From contig CAZDLU010000007.1 of assembly GCA_964506725.1 (NCBI GenBank), positions 1,036-65,035 on the forward strand: DNA of 64,000 bases, in the 5' to 3' direction. Origin of the DNA: an uncultured Rhizobium sp. Its GTDB lineage: Bacteria; Pseudomonadota; Alphaproteobacteria; Rickettsiales; UBA1997. Below, piece after piece: positions 39,691 through 49,588 of this stretch. A program made the translations under genes and the position numbers. The notes below the pieces were generated by a model that was given only the letters and a program-made list of their open reading frames with translations, made no database searches and was not told the DNA's origin. Position 1 is the first letter of the stretch. Each line of letters begins with the position of its first letter.

Positions 39691-40116
39691 ATGAAAAAAA
39701 TCTTAATTGTTCAAGCTAATTTTTATAAACATATTTCTGAACTTTTGCTTGAAGGAGCTATAAAAGAAATTGAAAATGCCGGTTACGATTATGAAATTAT
39801 TACAGTACCGGGAGCATTTGAAATTCCTGCCGTAATTGCTTTCGCCAAAGATAGTGCAAAATATAACGGATATGTGAGTTTGGGGTGTGTAATTCGTGGT
39901 GAAACAACGCATTATGATTATGTTTGTTTAGAAAGTGCTCGCGGATTAAATGAACTGGCAATGAAAGAAAAATTGGCTATAGGATATGGAATTATAACAG
40001 TCGAAAACGAACAACAAGCCTTAGAAAGAGCTGATATTGCTAAGAAAAACAAAGGTGGATTTGCGGCAAGAACCTGTTTAGAAATGATAAAAATAAAAGC
40101 TAAATTAATTGCTTAA
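39691..40116 (+). CDS. ribH: 6,7-dimethyl-8-ribityllumazine synthase
   Basis: ILIVQANFY, ITVPGAFEIP and LGCVIRGETTHYDYVC signatures. Confidence 0.93.
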   Translation: MKKILIVQANFYKHISELLLEGAIKEIENAGYDYEIITVPGAFEIPAVIAFAKDSAKYNGYVSLGCVIRGETTHYDYVCLESARGLNELAMKEKLAIGYGIITVENEQQALERADIAKKNKGGFAARTCLEMIKIKAKLIA

Positions 40117-41076
40117 TTTAGCTTCTTTGAAATATTTTAAAGCTCCAGCATGGATTGGCGCAGATTGACCTTCTTTAACCATATCTTCTTTCTTTAATGA
40201 GGCAAAAACCGGATGCAAGGTTTTAAAATTATCAAGATTTTCAAATACGGATTTGGTTAGGTTATAAACAACTTCTTGGCTTGTTTTATCTGAAGTAACC
40301 AAAGTTGCTTTAATACCAAAAGTTTCTACAGCGTTCGGATTATTAGCATAGGTTCCACCGGGAATTACAGCTTTAGCATAGAAAGAATTATCTTTAATTA
40401 ATTTATCAATCGTAGCTTTATCAACGCTTAAAATTTTAACTTTGCAATTTTGTGCAGCTTCTTGAATTACGCCATTCGGATTTCCTGCAGCATAGATCAT
40501 AACATCTATTTTGTCATTGCATAATGCTTTAGGTTGTTCAGATGGTTGTAAATAAGTGATAGCGGAAAAATCTTCTTTTTTCCATCCCTTGGCTGCAATC
40601 AGAACTTCCATTGTAGCATACATTCCTGAACCTTCCGGACCGAAATTAACTCTTTTACCAACAATTTCATCGAATGATTTAATACCATTTGGCTTATCTT
40701 GTACAAGCATTGTGAAGGTTTCGGTGTAAAGTGAAAATACCGATCTTAAATCTTTAAATGGTTTTTGATCGGCGAAAAAACCGGTGCCATTATAAGCATG
40801 ATATTGCCAATCTGATTGAACTATGCCAAAATCAATTGTTCTGTTATGAACTGCATTCAAATTTGAAACTGAGCCACCTGTGGATTCAACAGAGCATCTA
40901 ATTCCATGTTCTTTATGACCACGATTAACTAAACGGCAAATTGCGCCACCAGCAGGATAATAAACACCCGTTACAGCACCGGTACCAATAGAAATATGTT
41001 TAGTGGCAGCGTCAGAATCCACGGCTAATCCTAGTAATATCGAAGCAAAAGCAAAAACTGAAAATATTTTTTTCAT
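40105..41076 (-). CDS. TAXI-family TRAP transporter solute-binding protein
   Basis: Signal peptide then IGTGAVTGVYYPAGGAICRLVN, typical of TAXI/Imp-like receptors. C-terminus HAGALKYFKE. Confidence 0.85.
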   Translation of the reverse strand: MKKIFSVFAFASILLGLAVDSDAATKHISIGTGAVTGVYYPAGGAICRLVNRGHKEHGIRCSVESTGGSVSNLNAVHNRTIDFGIVQSDWQYHAYNGTGFFADQKPFKDLRSVFSLYTETFTMLVQDKPNGIKSFDEIVGKRVNFGPEGSGMYATMEVLIAAKGWKKEDFSAITYLQPSEQPKALCNDKIDVMIYAAGNPNGVIQEAAQNCKVKILSVDKATIDKLIKDNSFYAKAVIPGGTYANNPNAVETFGIKATLVTSDKTSQEVVYNLTKSVFENLDNFKTLHPVFASLKKEDMVKEGQSAPIHAGALKYFKEAKLSN

Positions 41077-41218
41077 GTTAACAAAACTATAGTTACGAGA
41101 TAAGATTTAATTTTTAAATAAGAGATTTTAGCAAGTCAAAACCTTTTTTTAAATAGGTTAAAAAGCTAATATTAATTAGCAATGAGAAAAATGTCAAATT
41201 TCTGACTCTTTTATAAAA

Positions 41219-41890
41219 CTATTGTGAAGGCACTTGGATTACCGGGAAAGACGGTAAATCGCCGGTGGCGGCTTCATTATTTTGTTTTGATTGTTCTGTC
41301 TGAGCAAACAATGGTGGAACATTGTTTGCTTTTTTATCGGATTGATTTTTATCGGAAAACGGCATCAAGCTAATTGGCTCACGCTGTGTCGGTTTAGTAT
41401 TCGCTGAGTTATTAGTATTGTTTATAGCATTATTTACATTGGTTACTATTTGTTTCGATGTGTCTTGCGCCTTATCCGCTCCGGCTTTTGCGGCTTCTAT
41501 AGCGTTTTTCTTGGCTATAATATTTTTCATCACTTCCTCTTGATTATGTTTCATGGCTTCTTTGCGTTTTTCCTTGGCTTTATCAAGAATTTTTTGTTCT
41601 TCGGCCTGTTTTATATCATAGTCTTTTTTGTAGTCTTTTAAAGATATGCAAGTGCCGTCATTCCAGCATCGGCCTTTACCGCAATCGCAGGAAAAAATTG
41701 AAACTCTGCTACATATGCTATATTTATCGAATTGTTCGTAACAGGAATTGACGCAGGAAGTGCCAAATTCGCGCCATGTCCCACTTGCCTCTTCACATGG
41801 CTTGCGATCATCAAATGTGGTTGGACGCACATTTTGCGCTAGTGCGGAAAAATTACAAAAGAAAATAATTAAAAACAAAAACCATTTCAT
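41219..41890 (-). CDS. Secreted protein: 8-Cys N-terminal module, Lys/Glu coiled coil, Asn/Gln-rich tail
   Basis: Signal peptide [18 protein letters not shown]. Cys-rich block [53 protein letters not shown]-rich helix, then an N/Q/T-rich tail. Its start overlaps the leuB stop (ATGA). No family recognised. Confidence 0.6.
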   Translation of the reverse strand: MKWFLFLIIFFCNFSALAQNVRPTTFDDRKPCEEASGTWREFGTSCVNSCYEQFDKYSICSRVSIFSCDCGKGRCWNDGTCISLKDYKKDYDIKQAEEQKILDKAKEKRKEAMKHNQEEVMKNIIAKKNAIEAAKAGADKAQDTSKQIVTNVNNAINNTNNSANTKPTQREPISLMPFSDKNQSDKKANNVPPLFAQTEQSKQNNEAATGDLPSFPVIQVPSQ

Positions 41891-42990
41891 GCCAGTTTTT
41901 TGATTTCTTCAATAATCTTGTCACCCATTTCCGAGCAAGAAATTCTAGGTTCTGAAGACTTTGCAATATCTGCAGTTCTAATGCCTTTGTTCAAAACATT
42001 TTCTACCGCTTTTTCAATTAATTCAGCTTCCTTTTTGTAATTGAAAGAATATTTAAACATCATTGCCAAACTTAGAATTGTGGCAAGCGGATTGGCAATA
42101 TTCTTGCCGGCAATATCAGGAGCCGAACCGTGAATTGGTTCATATAAAGCAAATTGCTTACCACTTTCCTGTTTTTTGCCAAGTGACGCTGAAGGTAGCA
42201 TTCCCAAGGACCCAGTAAGCATTGAAGCAATGTCAGACAAAATATCGCCAAAAATATTTCCGGTTACCACGACATCAAATTGTTTGGGGTTACGCACTAA
42301 TTGCATCGCAGCATTGTCTACGTACATATGACTTAAGGCCACATCAGGATATTCTTCTTTGCCGATTTTGGTTACGACTTCACGCCACATTTCTGTAGTC
42401 TCTAGCACATTTGCTTTATCAATTGAGCAAAGTTTTTTATTGCGTAAACGCGCTAAATCAAAGGATACGCGGGCAATTCTTTCAACCTCTTTCGAATTGT
42501 AAGTCATAGTGTTAACGCCCTGTTTTGAACCATCCGCTAAGGTCGTGACGCCACGTGGTTCGCCAAAATAAACGTCACCCGTCAATTCGCGCACAATCAT
42601 TATATCAAGGCCGGAAACAATTTCTTTTTTTAATGTTGAACTATCAGCTAAAGCAGCAAAAACAGTGGCAGGACGTAAATTAGCAAATAATTCTAATTCT
42701 TTACGGATACCGAGTAATCCTCGTTCCGGACGATGTTTATATTCAAGCGATTCCCATTTCAATCCACCAACTGCGCCAAGCAAAATAGCATCGCTTTTTT
42801 TCGCTAAATCAACAGTTTCTTGTGGAAAAGGCGTTCCAACCTTGTCATAAGCGATTCCGCCAAGCAAAGCATTTTCGCATTCAAATTTTTTGTCAGTATT
42901 TTTGTTAAAAAAATCAATTATTTTTTTAGCCTGTCCAACCACTTCCGGACCAATTCCATCGCCTTCGATAAGTAAGATTTTTTTTGTCAT
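41887..42990 (-). CDS. leuB: 3-isopropylmalate dehydrogenase
   Basis: Colinear with E. coli LeuB as I remember it: [82 protein letters not shown]. Confidence 0.92.
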   Translation of the reverse strand: MTKKILLIEGDGIGPEVVGQAKKIIDFFNKNTDKKFECENALLGGIAYDKVGTPFPQETVDLAKKSDAILLGAVGGLKWESLEYKHRPERGLLGIRKELELFANLRPATVFAALADSSTLKKEIVSGLDIMIVRELTGDVYFGEPRGVTTLADGSKQGVNTMTYNSKEVERIARVSFDLARLRNKKLCSIDKANVLETTEMWREVVTKIGKEEYPDVALSHMYVDNAAMQLVRNPKQFDVVVTGNIFGDILSDIASMLTGSLGMLPSASLGKKQESGKQFALYEPIHGSAPDIAGKNIANPLATILSLAMMFKYSFNYKKEAELIEKAVENVLNKGIRTADIAKSSEPRISCSEMGDKIIEEIKKLA

Positions 42991-43283
42991 AAATAATTTT
43001 TTAATTCTAAAAATAATTTTTGTGAAAGCTCTTCGCCCTTAGAGTTAAGCCATTTTTCATTAAATGAAAAATAATTAGCGCCGGAAAATGGTGAAGAGTA
43101 CCAAATTTTTTCTGAAGCGCTGTGACGGTTGATGATGTAGGTCTTGCCGCTATCTTCGAGAGTTATTTTCAATATTCCGTCAGAATATTCAACATCAAGT
43201 TTTGTACTTTGGTCTTTTGATTCAAGTTGTTCTGCAAGGTTTGCCAGAAAATCATCGCATAAATTATGGAAGTTTTTTTGCAT
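42987..43283 (-). CDS. cyaY: Iron donor protein CyaY (frataxin homologue)
   Basis: 98 aa. [39 protein letters not shown] matches the frataxin/CyaY core. Confidence 0.85.
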   Translation of the reverse strand: MQKNFHNLCDDFLANLAEQLESKDQSTKLDVEYSDGILKITLEDSGKTYIINRHSASEKIWYSSPFSGANYFSFNEKWLNSKGEELSQKLFLELKNYL

Positions 43284-43287
43284 AGGT

Positions 43288-43881
43288 TTAAGGATAAATT
43301 AGTAGTTTATTCCACGAATCGCATGCCCGCTCATAAACCTCGCGTTTATGAATTCTAAATTCTCCTTCCCGCCAAAACTCAATTCGTTTCGGAACAACTC
43401 TAAACCCGGACCAGAAAGGAGGGCGCGGCACTTCTTGTCCTTCAAAATCTTTGGCAATTTTAGCAATACGATCTTCAAATTCTTGCCAATTTTCCATAGC
43501 GCAAGATTGCTTAGAAGCCCAGGCACCGATTTGGCTATCTCTTCTTCTTGAGGCAAAATAATCGTCAGCTTCTTTAATCGAAACTTTTTCTACAGTACCT
43601 TCAATTCTAATTTGCAAACCGAGCACGCCCCAATAAAAACAAAGAGCAACATTGGGATTTTCAACTAATTCTTTACCTTTGCGACTGGTTAAATTGGTAA
43701 AAAAACAAAAACCTCTTTCGTCAAACTTTTTTAACAAAATCATGCGTGACGATGGAAAATTATTTTTATCAACGGTGGAAAGGCACATGGCAGTAGGTTC
43801 TACAATATTAGCATTGGCCTCAGCTTTTTTTAGCCATTCTTGGAACTTTAAAAAAGGTTCGCTAAATTTAGCATTTATCAT
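43288..43881 (-). CDS. pdxH: Pyridoxamine 5'-phosphate oxidase
   Basis: PSSRMILLK, IRIEG and RIEFWREGEFRIHKR signatures. Confidence 0.92.
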   Translation of the reverse strand: MINAKFSEPFLKFQEWLKKAEANANIVEPTAMCLSTVDKNNFPSSRMILLKKFDERGFCFFTNLTSRKGKELVENPNVALCFYWGVLGLQIRIEGTVEKVSIKEADDYFASRRRDSQIGAWASKQSCAMENWQEFEDRIAKIAKDFEGQEVPRPPFWSGFRVVPKRIEFWREGEFRIHKREVYERACDSWNKLLIYP

Positions 43882-43953
43882 TTAAAATTTATCATTTAAT
43901 GTTTTTTTAAGAATGAACAAAATATAAATAACTTTAAAAAATGCGAGGTTTTT

Positions 43954-44454
43954 ATGAGTCCGATTTTTAAATTGCTGTTTCGAGCAACGTTGATTGTTAT
44001 TGTGATTTTTATTGTTCTTCAACCTTATAATTTATTTTGCAATGTAACTTCAAAATGTCAGGCATTTTATTTTTCTTCCTTGCTTCCCGTGAGCGAGGGA
44101 AAAGACCCGATAAATCTTATTTTTGAAGTTAATAATTTTCGTGGCGATATAGATTTTGAGCCTGTTGAAAAAACTATTGAAACGGTAAGCGGGCGCAAAA
44201 ATGTCGTGCACTTTAAAGCAACAAATGTAGGAAAACATTTAATTCGTTTTAGGCCGACAATCTATACCAAACCTGACCGCGCTATAGAATATATTGATCG
44301 CAATGATTGTATTTGTTTTCACGAATATACTTTAAAAAAAGACGAAACAATAGATTTAAAAATGGAATTTAGAATTAATAAAAAATTCGATGAAGTTAAA
44401 GATCGATTAAAATCTGAAAAAGATGGCGTGGTGATTGGCTTTAAGCTTATGTAG
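43954..44454 (+). CDS. ctaG: Cytochrome c oxidase assembly protein CtaG/Cox11-like
   Basis: N-terminal TM helix. The beta-rich domain has YIDRNDCICFHEYTLKKDETIDLKMEF, aligning with the Cox11 motif YF.KI.CFCF.EQ.L..GE..DMPV.F (C-x-C retained). Confidence 0.6.
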   Translation: MSPIFKLLFRATLIVIVIFIVLQPYNLFCNVTSKCQAFYFSSLLPVSEGKDPINLIFEVNNFRGDIDFEPVEKTIETVSGRKNVVHFKATNVGKHLIRFRPTIYTKPDRAIEYIDRNDCICFHEYTLKKDETIDLKMEFRINKKFDEVKDRLKSEKDGVVIGFKLM

Positions 44455-44464
44455 TTAACAGCGT

Positions 44465-45349
44465 TTAGCGCCAATCATATTCATTTCTGCCGATTTCTTG
44501 TTTTTTATAGTCGAAATTTTTAGTTATTTTTACTTCAGGATTTGTAGGTTTTTCTAAAAAAGCATTATCCAAAAGAGATTTTGTAAACTGGTCGCGAGCC
44601 TTAGACGTAGAGCATCCAAGCAATATAGAAACTACTTTATAATTATTTTTTTTAGCAATTGAAATTAAATTAAAACCGGAAGCATTAGTGAATCCGGTTT
44701 TCATGCCTTCCGCGCCTTTGTAATCAAGCAGCACATTATTATGTGTTTCATATTTTGTATCGCGATATTTAAATTCTTTTAGAGAAAATAAGTGATAATA
44801 TTCCGGAAAATCTTTTTGCAAAGCTAGCACCAAGCGCGCTAGATCATAGGTTGTCGTATATTGTCCTTCCTCATGAAGTCCGCTGGGATTTCTAAAACTT
44901 GTATCATTCATTCCTAGTTTTTTTGCTTTGTCATTCATCTTACGCACAAAATGCCATTCATCGCCGGCAACAGCTTCTGCCAATATTTCTGCAGTTTCAT
45001 TAAATGATTTTACAATAGTACCGCGAATCGCCTCTTTTACAGTAATTTTGTCACCTTCTTTTAATTTTAAACTATTAATTTTGTTCACTCTGGCAATTTC
45101 TTCAACCTTTGCCGATACAGTCAAAACCTGCTCTTGTTTAATTTTATTATTTTCTAAAGCTTCAAAAGTTAAGTAAAGTGTCATCAATTTTACCAATGAT
45201 GCCGGATAAGAAATTTTAGTAGATTTTTCTTCAGAAATTACATCACCGTTTTTGCTGTTAAAAATAAGATAAGAATAAACTTTACTACAGCCTTCTTGGG
45301 CTTGTGCGGTTTGTAAAAATAAAAAAAATATTATTAAGAATTTAATCAT
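44465..45349 (-). CDS. D-alanyl-D-alanine carboxypeptidase (PBP5/6-type, peptidase S11)
   Basis: Signal peptide plus the three PBP motifs: SxxK (PASLVKLMT), SxN (KSFNE) and KTG (MKTGFT). Confidence 0.85.
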   Translation of the reverse strand: MIKFLIIFFLFLQTAQAQEGCSKVYSYLIFNSKNGDVISEEKSTKISYPASLVKLMTLYLTFEALENNKIKQEQVLTVSAKVEEIARVNKINSLKLKEGDKITVKEAIRGTIVKSFNETAEILAEAVAGDEWHFVRKMNDKAKKLGMNDTSFRNPSGLHEEGQYTTTYDLARLVLALQKDFPEYYHLFSLKEFKYRDTKYETHNNVLLDYKGAEGMKTGFTNASGFNLISIAKKNNYKVVSILLGCSTSKARDQFTKSLLDNAFLEKPTNPEVKITKNFDYKKQEIGRNEYDWR

Positions 45350-45354
45350 AATAC

Positions 45355-45440
45355 CTCGATGTCATGCTGAGCCTGTCGAAGCATGTGTTTGCACTCCGAG
45401 TTACAACACCATGCTTCGACAGGCTCAGCATGACATCGAG
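45355..45440. repeat. Palindromic intergenic element, family A, copy 2
   Basis: ctcgatgtcatgctgagcctgtcgaagcatg ... catgcttcgacaggctcagcatgacatcgag. The 31-bp arms are perfect and the spacer is 24 bp. It lies between the DD-carboxypeptidase gene and lpxB. Confidence 0.9.
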
Positions 45441-45445
45441 AGTGG

Positions 45446-46552
45446 TTATAATTTCAAAATTTCTTCAACCACCCTTTGACTTGGATTCACGTCGCCGCAA
45501 AGAATTTTTAAAACTTCCTGACTATCATTAATTTGCTTTTCTGCAAATTCCTTATTCTCAACAAGTTGTTTTAAAACCTTATAAATCCTATCTCCACGAC
45601 AATTCCATTGTAACATTTCCGGAATAATTTCTCTATTCGCAATCAAGTTTATTAAATTTCCAAACTTAATTTTGATTAATAATTTTATCAAAAAATAACT
45701 CAACCAATTAATTTTGTAAGCCACAATCATAGGAATCTTGTGCAGCGAGAATTCCAGAGTGTTTGTGCCGGATTTTGCTAGAGCGAAATCTGCTTCTAAA
45801 AACATTTTTTCTTTTTCATTTTTTTCAATAAAAAAATATTCAACTTGTAAAGTTTTTGCCATTTCTTGTACAAGCTCTTTTGTTTTGTCCACCAAAGGAA
45901 TTACAATCTTTATGTTTGGAATTTTTGTTTTAAGTAAATTTATTGCTTCAATAAATTCCGGAAAAATCTTTTTGACCTCAGCCCTACGGCTTCCTGGTGT
46001 TATGGCGATTACCGTATTTTTTGTTTTTATTTTTTTTGCTAAATCCGGAATATTTTCACAAAGCGGATGTCCAATAAAAACGGTCCTCAAGCCATATTTT
46101 TCAAAGTATGGCGGCTCAAACGGCAAAATACAAAATAGCAAATCATAAAGCTTGGAAATTTTCTTCGCCCTACCCTCACGATAGGCCCAGACTGAAGGCG
46201 CGATAAGATGAATTTTTTTAGAACTTACACCGACAATTTTTTTCATCACCCGAAAATTAAAATCCGGCGCATCAATCGTTATAATAAAATCCGGCTTTTC
46301 TAAAATAATTCTCTGTGCCGTTTCCTTAATTCTTTTTAGTAATTTAAAAATATGCGGTACCACCTCAACAAAACCCATCACTGCCAAATCTTCCATCGGA
46401 AAAATTGAAATCAGGCCTTGTTCTTGCATTAATTTCCCGCCTACTCCAACAAAGGTCGAATCAGGTTCAGCAATTTTTATCTCTCTAATTAATTTGCTAC
46501 CGAGCAAGTCGCCTGAAGCTTCGCCGGCTATAATGAAAAATTTTTTGGTCAT
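45446..46552 (-). CDS. lpxB: Lipid-A-disaccharide synthase
   Basis: FFIIAGEASGDLLGSKLIRE N-terminus, DAPDFN and KSGTNTLE motifs. ATG 46552 preferred over track TTG 46570. Confidence 0.92.
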   Translation of the reverse strand: MTKKFFIIAGEASGDLLGSKLIREIKIAEPDSTFVGVGGKLMQEQGLISIFPMEDLAVMGFVEVVPHIFKLLKRIKETAQRIILEKPDFIITIDAPDFNFRVMKKIVGVSSKKIHLIAPSVWAYREGRAKKISKLYDLLFCILPFEPPYFEKYGLRTVFIGHPLCENIPDLAKKIKTKNTVIAITPGSRRAEVKKIFPEFIEAINLLKTKIPNIKIVIPLVDKTKELVQEMAKTLQVEYFFIEKNEKEKMFLEADFALAKSGTNTLEFSLHKIPMIVAYKINWLSYFLIKLLIKIKFGNLINLIANREIIPEMLQWNCRGDRIYKVLKQLVENKEFAEKQINDSQEVLKILCGDVNPSQRVVEEILKL

Positions 46553-46606
46553 ACTTGACTTTGCTCGCAATAAAAATTACACTCCTCGCCCCGAAAACTC
46601 TATGTA

Positions 46607-46674
46607 TCCCCTGAGGTACTCTGTCGTTGCGTTAGCACGACTTCCCCCTTAGAAGTGGGGATAGGGGGATTTTT
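46607..46674. repeat. Intergenic repeat, family B, copy 2 (inverted relative to copy 1)
   Basis: Its reverse complement aaaatccccctatccccacttctaagggggaagtcgtgctaacgcaacgacagagtacctcagggga aligns with 20953-21020. It lies between divergent lpxB and asd. Confidence 0.7.
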
Positions 46675-46698
46675 AAAAACTAGTTTAAAAATATACTT

Positions 46699-47715
46699 AT
46701 GTCAAAAAGAAAAGTAGCCGTTGTTGGCGCAACTGGCAATGTAGGTCGTGAGATTTTAAATATTTTAGCGGAAAGAAAATTTCCGGCTGATGAAGTAGTA
46801 GCTTTGGCTTCGCGCAATTCTGTGGGCAAAGAAGTTTCTTACGGTGACAAGATTTTAAAAGTACAGGCTTTGGATGATTATGATTTTACCGGAACTAAAA
46901 TCGGTTTGTTTTCTCCGGGCGGAAAAGTTTCGGCAATTCACGCGCCAAGAGCTGCAGCGCAAGGTTGCGTGGTAATTGACAATACTTCGCATTTTAGAAT
47001 GGAAAAAGATATTCCATTGGTTGTTCCTGAAGTTAATCCGGAAGCAATTGCCGAATATAAAAAACGCGGAATCATTGCTAATCCTAATTGCTCAACTATT
47101 CAAATGGTTGTGGCTTTAAAACCTTTGCATGAACTTGCCAATATTAAAAGAATTGTTGTTGCAACTTACCAAGCCACATCAGGTGCGGGTAAAGAGGCAA
47201 TGGATGAACTTTACGATTCAACTAAAAAAATCTACGCTAATCAAGGTCACGAACCAAAAAAGTTTTCAAAAAGAATTGCTTTTAACGTAATTCCGCAAAT
47301 TGATTCTTTCATGGATGACGGCGTGACTAAGGAAGAGTGGAAAATGAAAGTTGAAACTAAAAAAATCTTGGATCCAAAAATTGAAGTGGAAGCTACTTGC
47401 GTGCGCGTTCCGGTGTTTAATTGTCACTCGGAAGCCGTTAACGTTGAATTTGAAAAACCAATTTCGGCAAAACAAGCCAGAGCTGCACTAGAAAAGGCTG
47501 ATGGCGTGCTGGTTGTTGATAATCCGGCGGAAATGAAATTTGCCACTCCAACCGAGGTTTCAACGCAAGATCCGGTTTATGTTTCAAGAATTCGCGAAGA
47601 TAAATCAATTAAAAACGGTTTGTCACTTTGGGTTGTTTCTGACAATTTGAGAAAAGGCGCGGCTTTAAATGCGGTGCAAATTGCGGAAGTTTTAATTAAA
47701 GATTACGGTTTCTAA
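46699..47715 (+). CDS. asd: Aspartate-semialdehyde dehydrogenase
   Basis: VAVVGATGNVGRE, active-site IANPNCSTIQMV, YQATSGAG. Confidence 0.95.
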   Translation: MSKRKVAVVGATGNVGREILNILAERKFPADEVVALASRNSVGKEVSYGDKILKVQALDDYDFTGTKIGLFSPGGKVSAIHAPRAAAQGCVVIDNTSHFRMEKDIPLVVPEVNPEAIAEYKKRGIIANPNCSTIQMVVALKPLHELANIKRIVVATYQATSGAGKEAMDELYDSTKKIYANQGHEPKKFSKRIAFNVIPQIDSFMDDGVTKEEWKMKVETKKILDPKIEVEATCVRVPVFNCHSEAVNVEFEKPISAKQARAALEKADGVLVVDNPAEMKFATPTEVSTQDPVYVSRIREDKSIKNGLSLWVVSDNLRKGAALNAVQIAEVLIKDYGF

Positions 47716-48180
47716 AATTTTTAAAGCCTCGGCAACAGTTGATTTTCTTATATCGGACCTAATTCCGGAGAAAATAAACCTTTTTGTCGAGGCTTTATTT
47801 CTGTCCGCAATTCCAATATAAACTAATCCCACTGGCTTTTCTTCACTTCCACCATCGGGCCCGGCGATGCCGGTAATTGCCAGCGCCACATCGCTTTGTG
47901 AATTTCTCAGGGCACCAATTGCCATTTCTTTCGCTACTTCCTCGCTTACTGCACCATAGTTTCTCAGGGTTTCAACTTTCACTCCAAGCATTTTAATTTT
48001 TGCTTCATTCGAATAAGTAACAAATCCGCAATCAACAACTTGCGATGATCCCGGAATTTCGGTAAACAAAGCCGATAAAAGCCCGCCGGTGCAAGATTCA
48101 GCAAAGGCTAGTTTAAGTTTTTTTTCTTTAGATTTTTCAAGAATTTTTTTAGCTTGTGTAAATAAATTTTGATCGAACAT
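47692..48180 (-). CDS. CinA-family protein / nicotinamide-nucleotide amidohydrolase PncC domain
   Basis: FAESCTGGLLSALFTEIPGSS, AITGIAGPDGGSEEKPVGLVYI. Confidence 0.85.
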   Translation of the reverse strand: MFDQNLFTQAKKILEKSKEKKLKLAFAESCTGGLLSALFTEIPGSSQVVDCGFVTYSNEAKIKMLGVKVETLRNYGAVSEEVAKEMAIGALRNSQSDVALAITGIAGPDGGSEEKPVGLVYIGIADRNKASTKRFIFSGIRSDIRKSTVAEALKILETVIFN

Positions 48181-48188
48181 AAAACTAA

Positions 48189-48782
48189 TTAAAACTGGGC
48201 CCGCGTTTTAAACGCAATCGAAATTGTTCCTTCATCCAAATAATCAAGCTCACTTCCAACCGGAATTCCATGCGCCAAACGCGTAACTTTCACTGTAAAA
48301 TCTTTTAAATTTTCCAGCAAAAAATGTGCCGTAGTTTGCCCGTCAATTGTGGCGCTTGTTGCAATAATAACTTCTTTAATTTTTTCTTCTTTTAATCTTT
48401 TGTATAAATTTTCTAGATTCAAATCTTCAATAGTTTTTCCCGAAACTGCCGATAAATTTCCACCTAAAACATGATATTTTCCTTTATAATTTTCGGCGCG
48501 CTCAATAGCCCAAAGATCGGCAATTTCTTCAACAACACAAATTAAACTTTCATCGCGATTTTGACTTAAACAAATGCCACAAACCCTACCCTCATCAAGG
48601 TTGCCACATATTTCACAATTATGAATTTTATCTTTTAAAATCTCTAAATTTTCAATCAAAGGCAATAGTGATTTGTCTTTATTATTCGCTAAATAAAGCA
48701 CGATGCGCTTAGCAATTCTTGGGCCCAAGCCCGGAAGTTTGGAAATAATTTTACTTAAATTTTCGATGGAATTTTGCTGCAT
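48189..48782 (-). CDS. recR: Recombination protein RecR
   Basis: HhH LPGLGPRIAKRIVLYL, Cys4 finger CEICGNL...CGIC, Toprim domain. Confidence 0.95.
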   Translation of the reverse strand: MQQNSIENLSKIISKLPGLGPRIAKRIVLYLANNKDKSLLPLIENLEILKDKIHNCEICGNLDEGRVCGICLSQNRDESLICVVEEIADLWAIERAENYKGKYHVLGGNLSAVSGKTIEDLNLENLYKRLKEEKIKEVIIATSATIDGQTTAHFLLENLKDFTVKVTRLAHGIPVGSELDYLDEGTISIAFKTRAQF

Positions 48783-48787
48783 TTTAA

Positions 48788-48829
48788 AACAAAAAAAGAG
48801 GTCGGCTTAAATTTATAAGCCGACCTCCT
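48788..48829 (-). terminator. Rho-independent terminator after the outer-membrane protein gene
   Basis: 12-bp perfect stem gaggtcggctta (48798-48809) / taagccgacctc (48816-48827) with a 6-nt loop. On the minus strand it is followed by TTTTTTT (complement of 48791-48797). Confidence 0.75.
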
Positions 48830-48852
48830 TAAATTCAACTCTTAGATTAAAT

Positions 48853-49488
48853 TTAGAATCTATAAGCCAAACCGATTTTTAATACATCGATACGAGTATC
48901 AAGTTTTGAGCTATAATTAGCAGTTCCGCCGGAAGAAGTTTTCAACTTCAAGTTTTGCGTATTATATTCAAGTGATAAGGTTGTGTTGTCAGCTACATCA
49001 TGCTTAACACCAACGCCCCACATCCAGTCGCCTTGCGAACCGTTTTTAGATCCATAAAGACCTGAGCCGTCTTGAGTATTGGTTTTGTAATTTACACCGG
49101 TATAACCTGTTGTAGCATACAGGGCAGTTTTATCAGTTACATCATAACCTAAATCTGCTGTAATGCCGTAACGGTATTTAATTTGCGCCTGGTTATTATC
49201 TACGCCATTTCTTACTTTCAGATTATTATTTTCTACAAAAACTCCCGGAGCCAGGAAAACTCCATTCATATTAACGGCATATTTGTAATTTAAGCCGATG
49301 CTGTAACTACTGCCAGAATCTTTAGAACCTCTAACCGATGTTGGAGTTGTGTTGTCAGTATAACTTTCGCTATATGTTGCTTTAGTATTGATTAAATTAA
49401 CACCCGCATAAGAACCTTCGGTTTTAGCAAGAGCCGAAGTAGCAGCTATAGTAGCAGCTACAGAAGAGATAACTAATAATTTTTTCAT
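48853..49488 (-). CDS. Outer-membrane beta-barrel protein (small porin/OmpA-like barrel family)
   Basis: Signal peptide MKKLLVISSVAATIAATSALA. Alternating beta-strand pattern rich in Y/G/T and a terminal ...LKIGLAYRF aromatic residue. Confidence 0.75.
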   Translation of the reverse strand: MKKLLVISSVAATIAATSALAKTEGSYAGVNLINTKATYSESYTDNTTPTSVRGSKDSGSSYSIGLNYKYAVNMNGVFLAPGVFVENNNLKVRNGVDNNQAQIKYRYGITADLGYDVTDKTALYATTGYTGVNYKTNTQDGSGLYGSKNGSQGDWMWGVGVKHDVADNTTLSLEYNTQNLKLKTSSGGTANYSSKLDTRIDVLKIGLAYRF

Positions 49489-49588
49489 AATTTTAAAAAT
49501 TTGTTAAAAAATTAAACTAATAGCCAAATGGCTAAATAATATCTTTAAAGGGGAAGAAAATAAGTGCAAATATTTTTTTTGTATTGTT

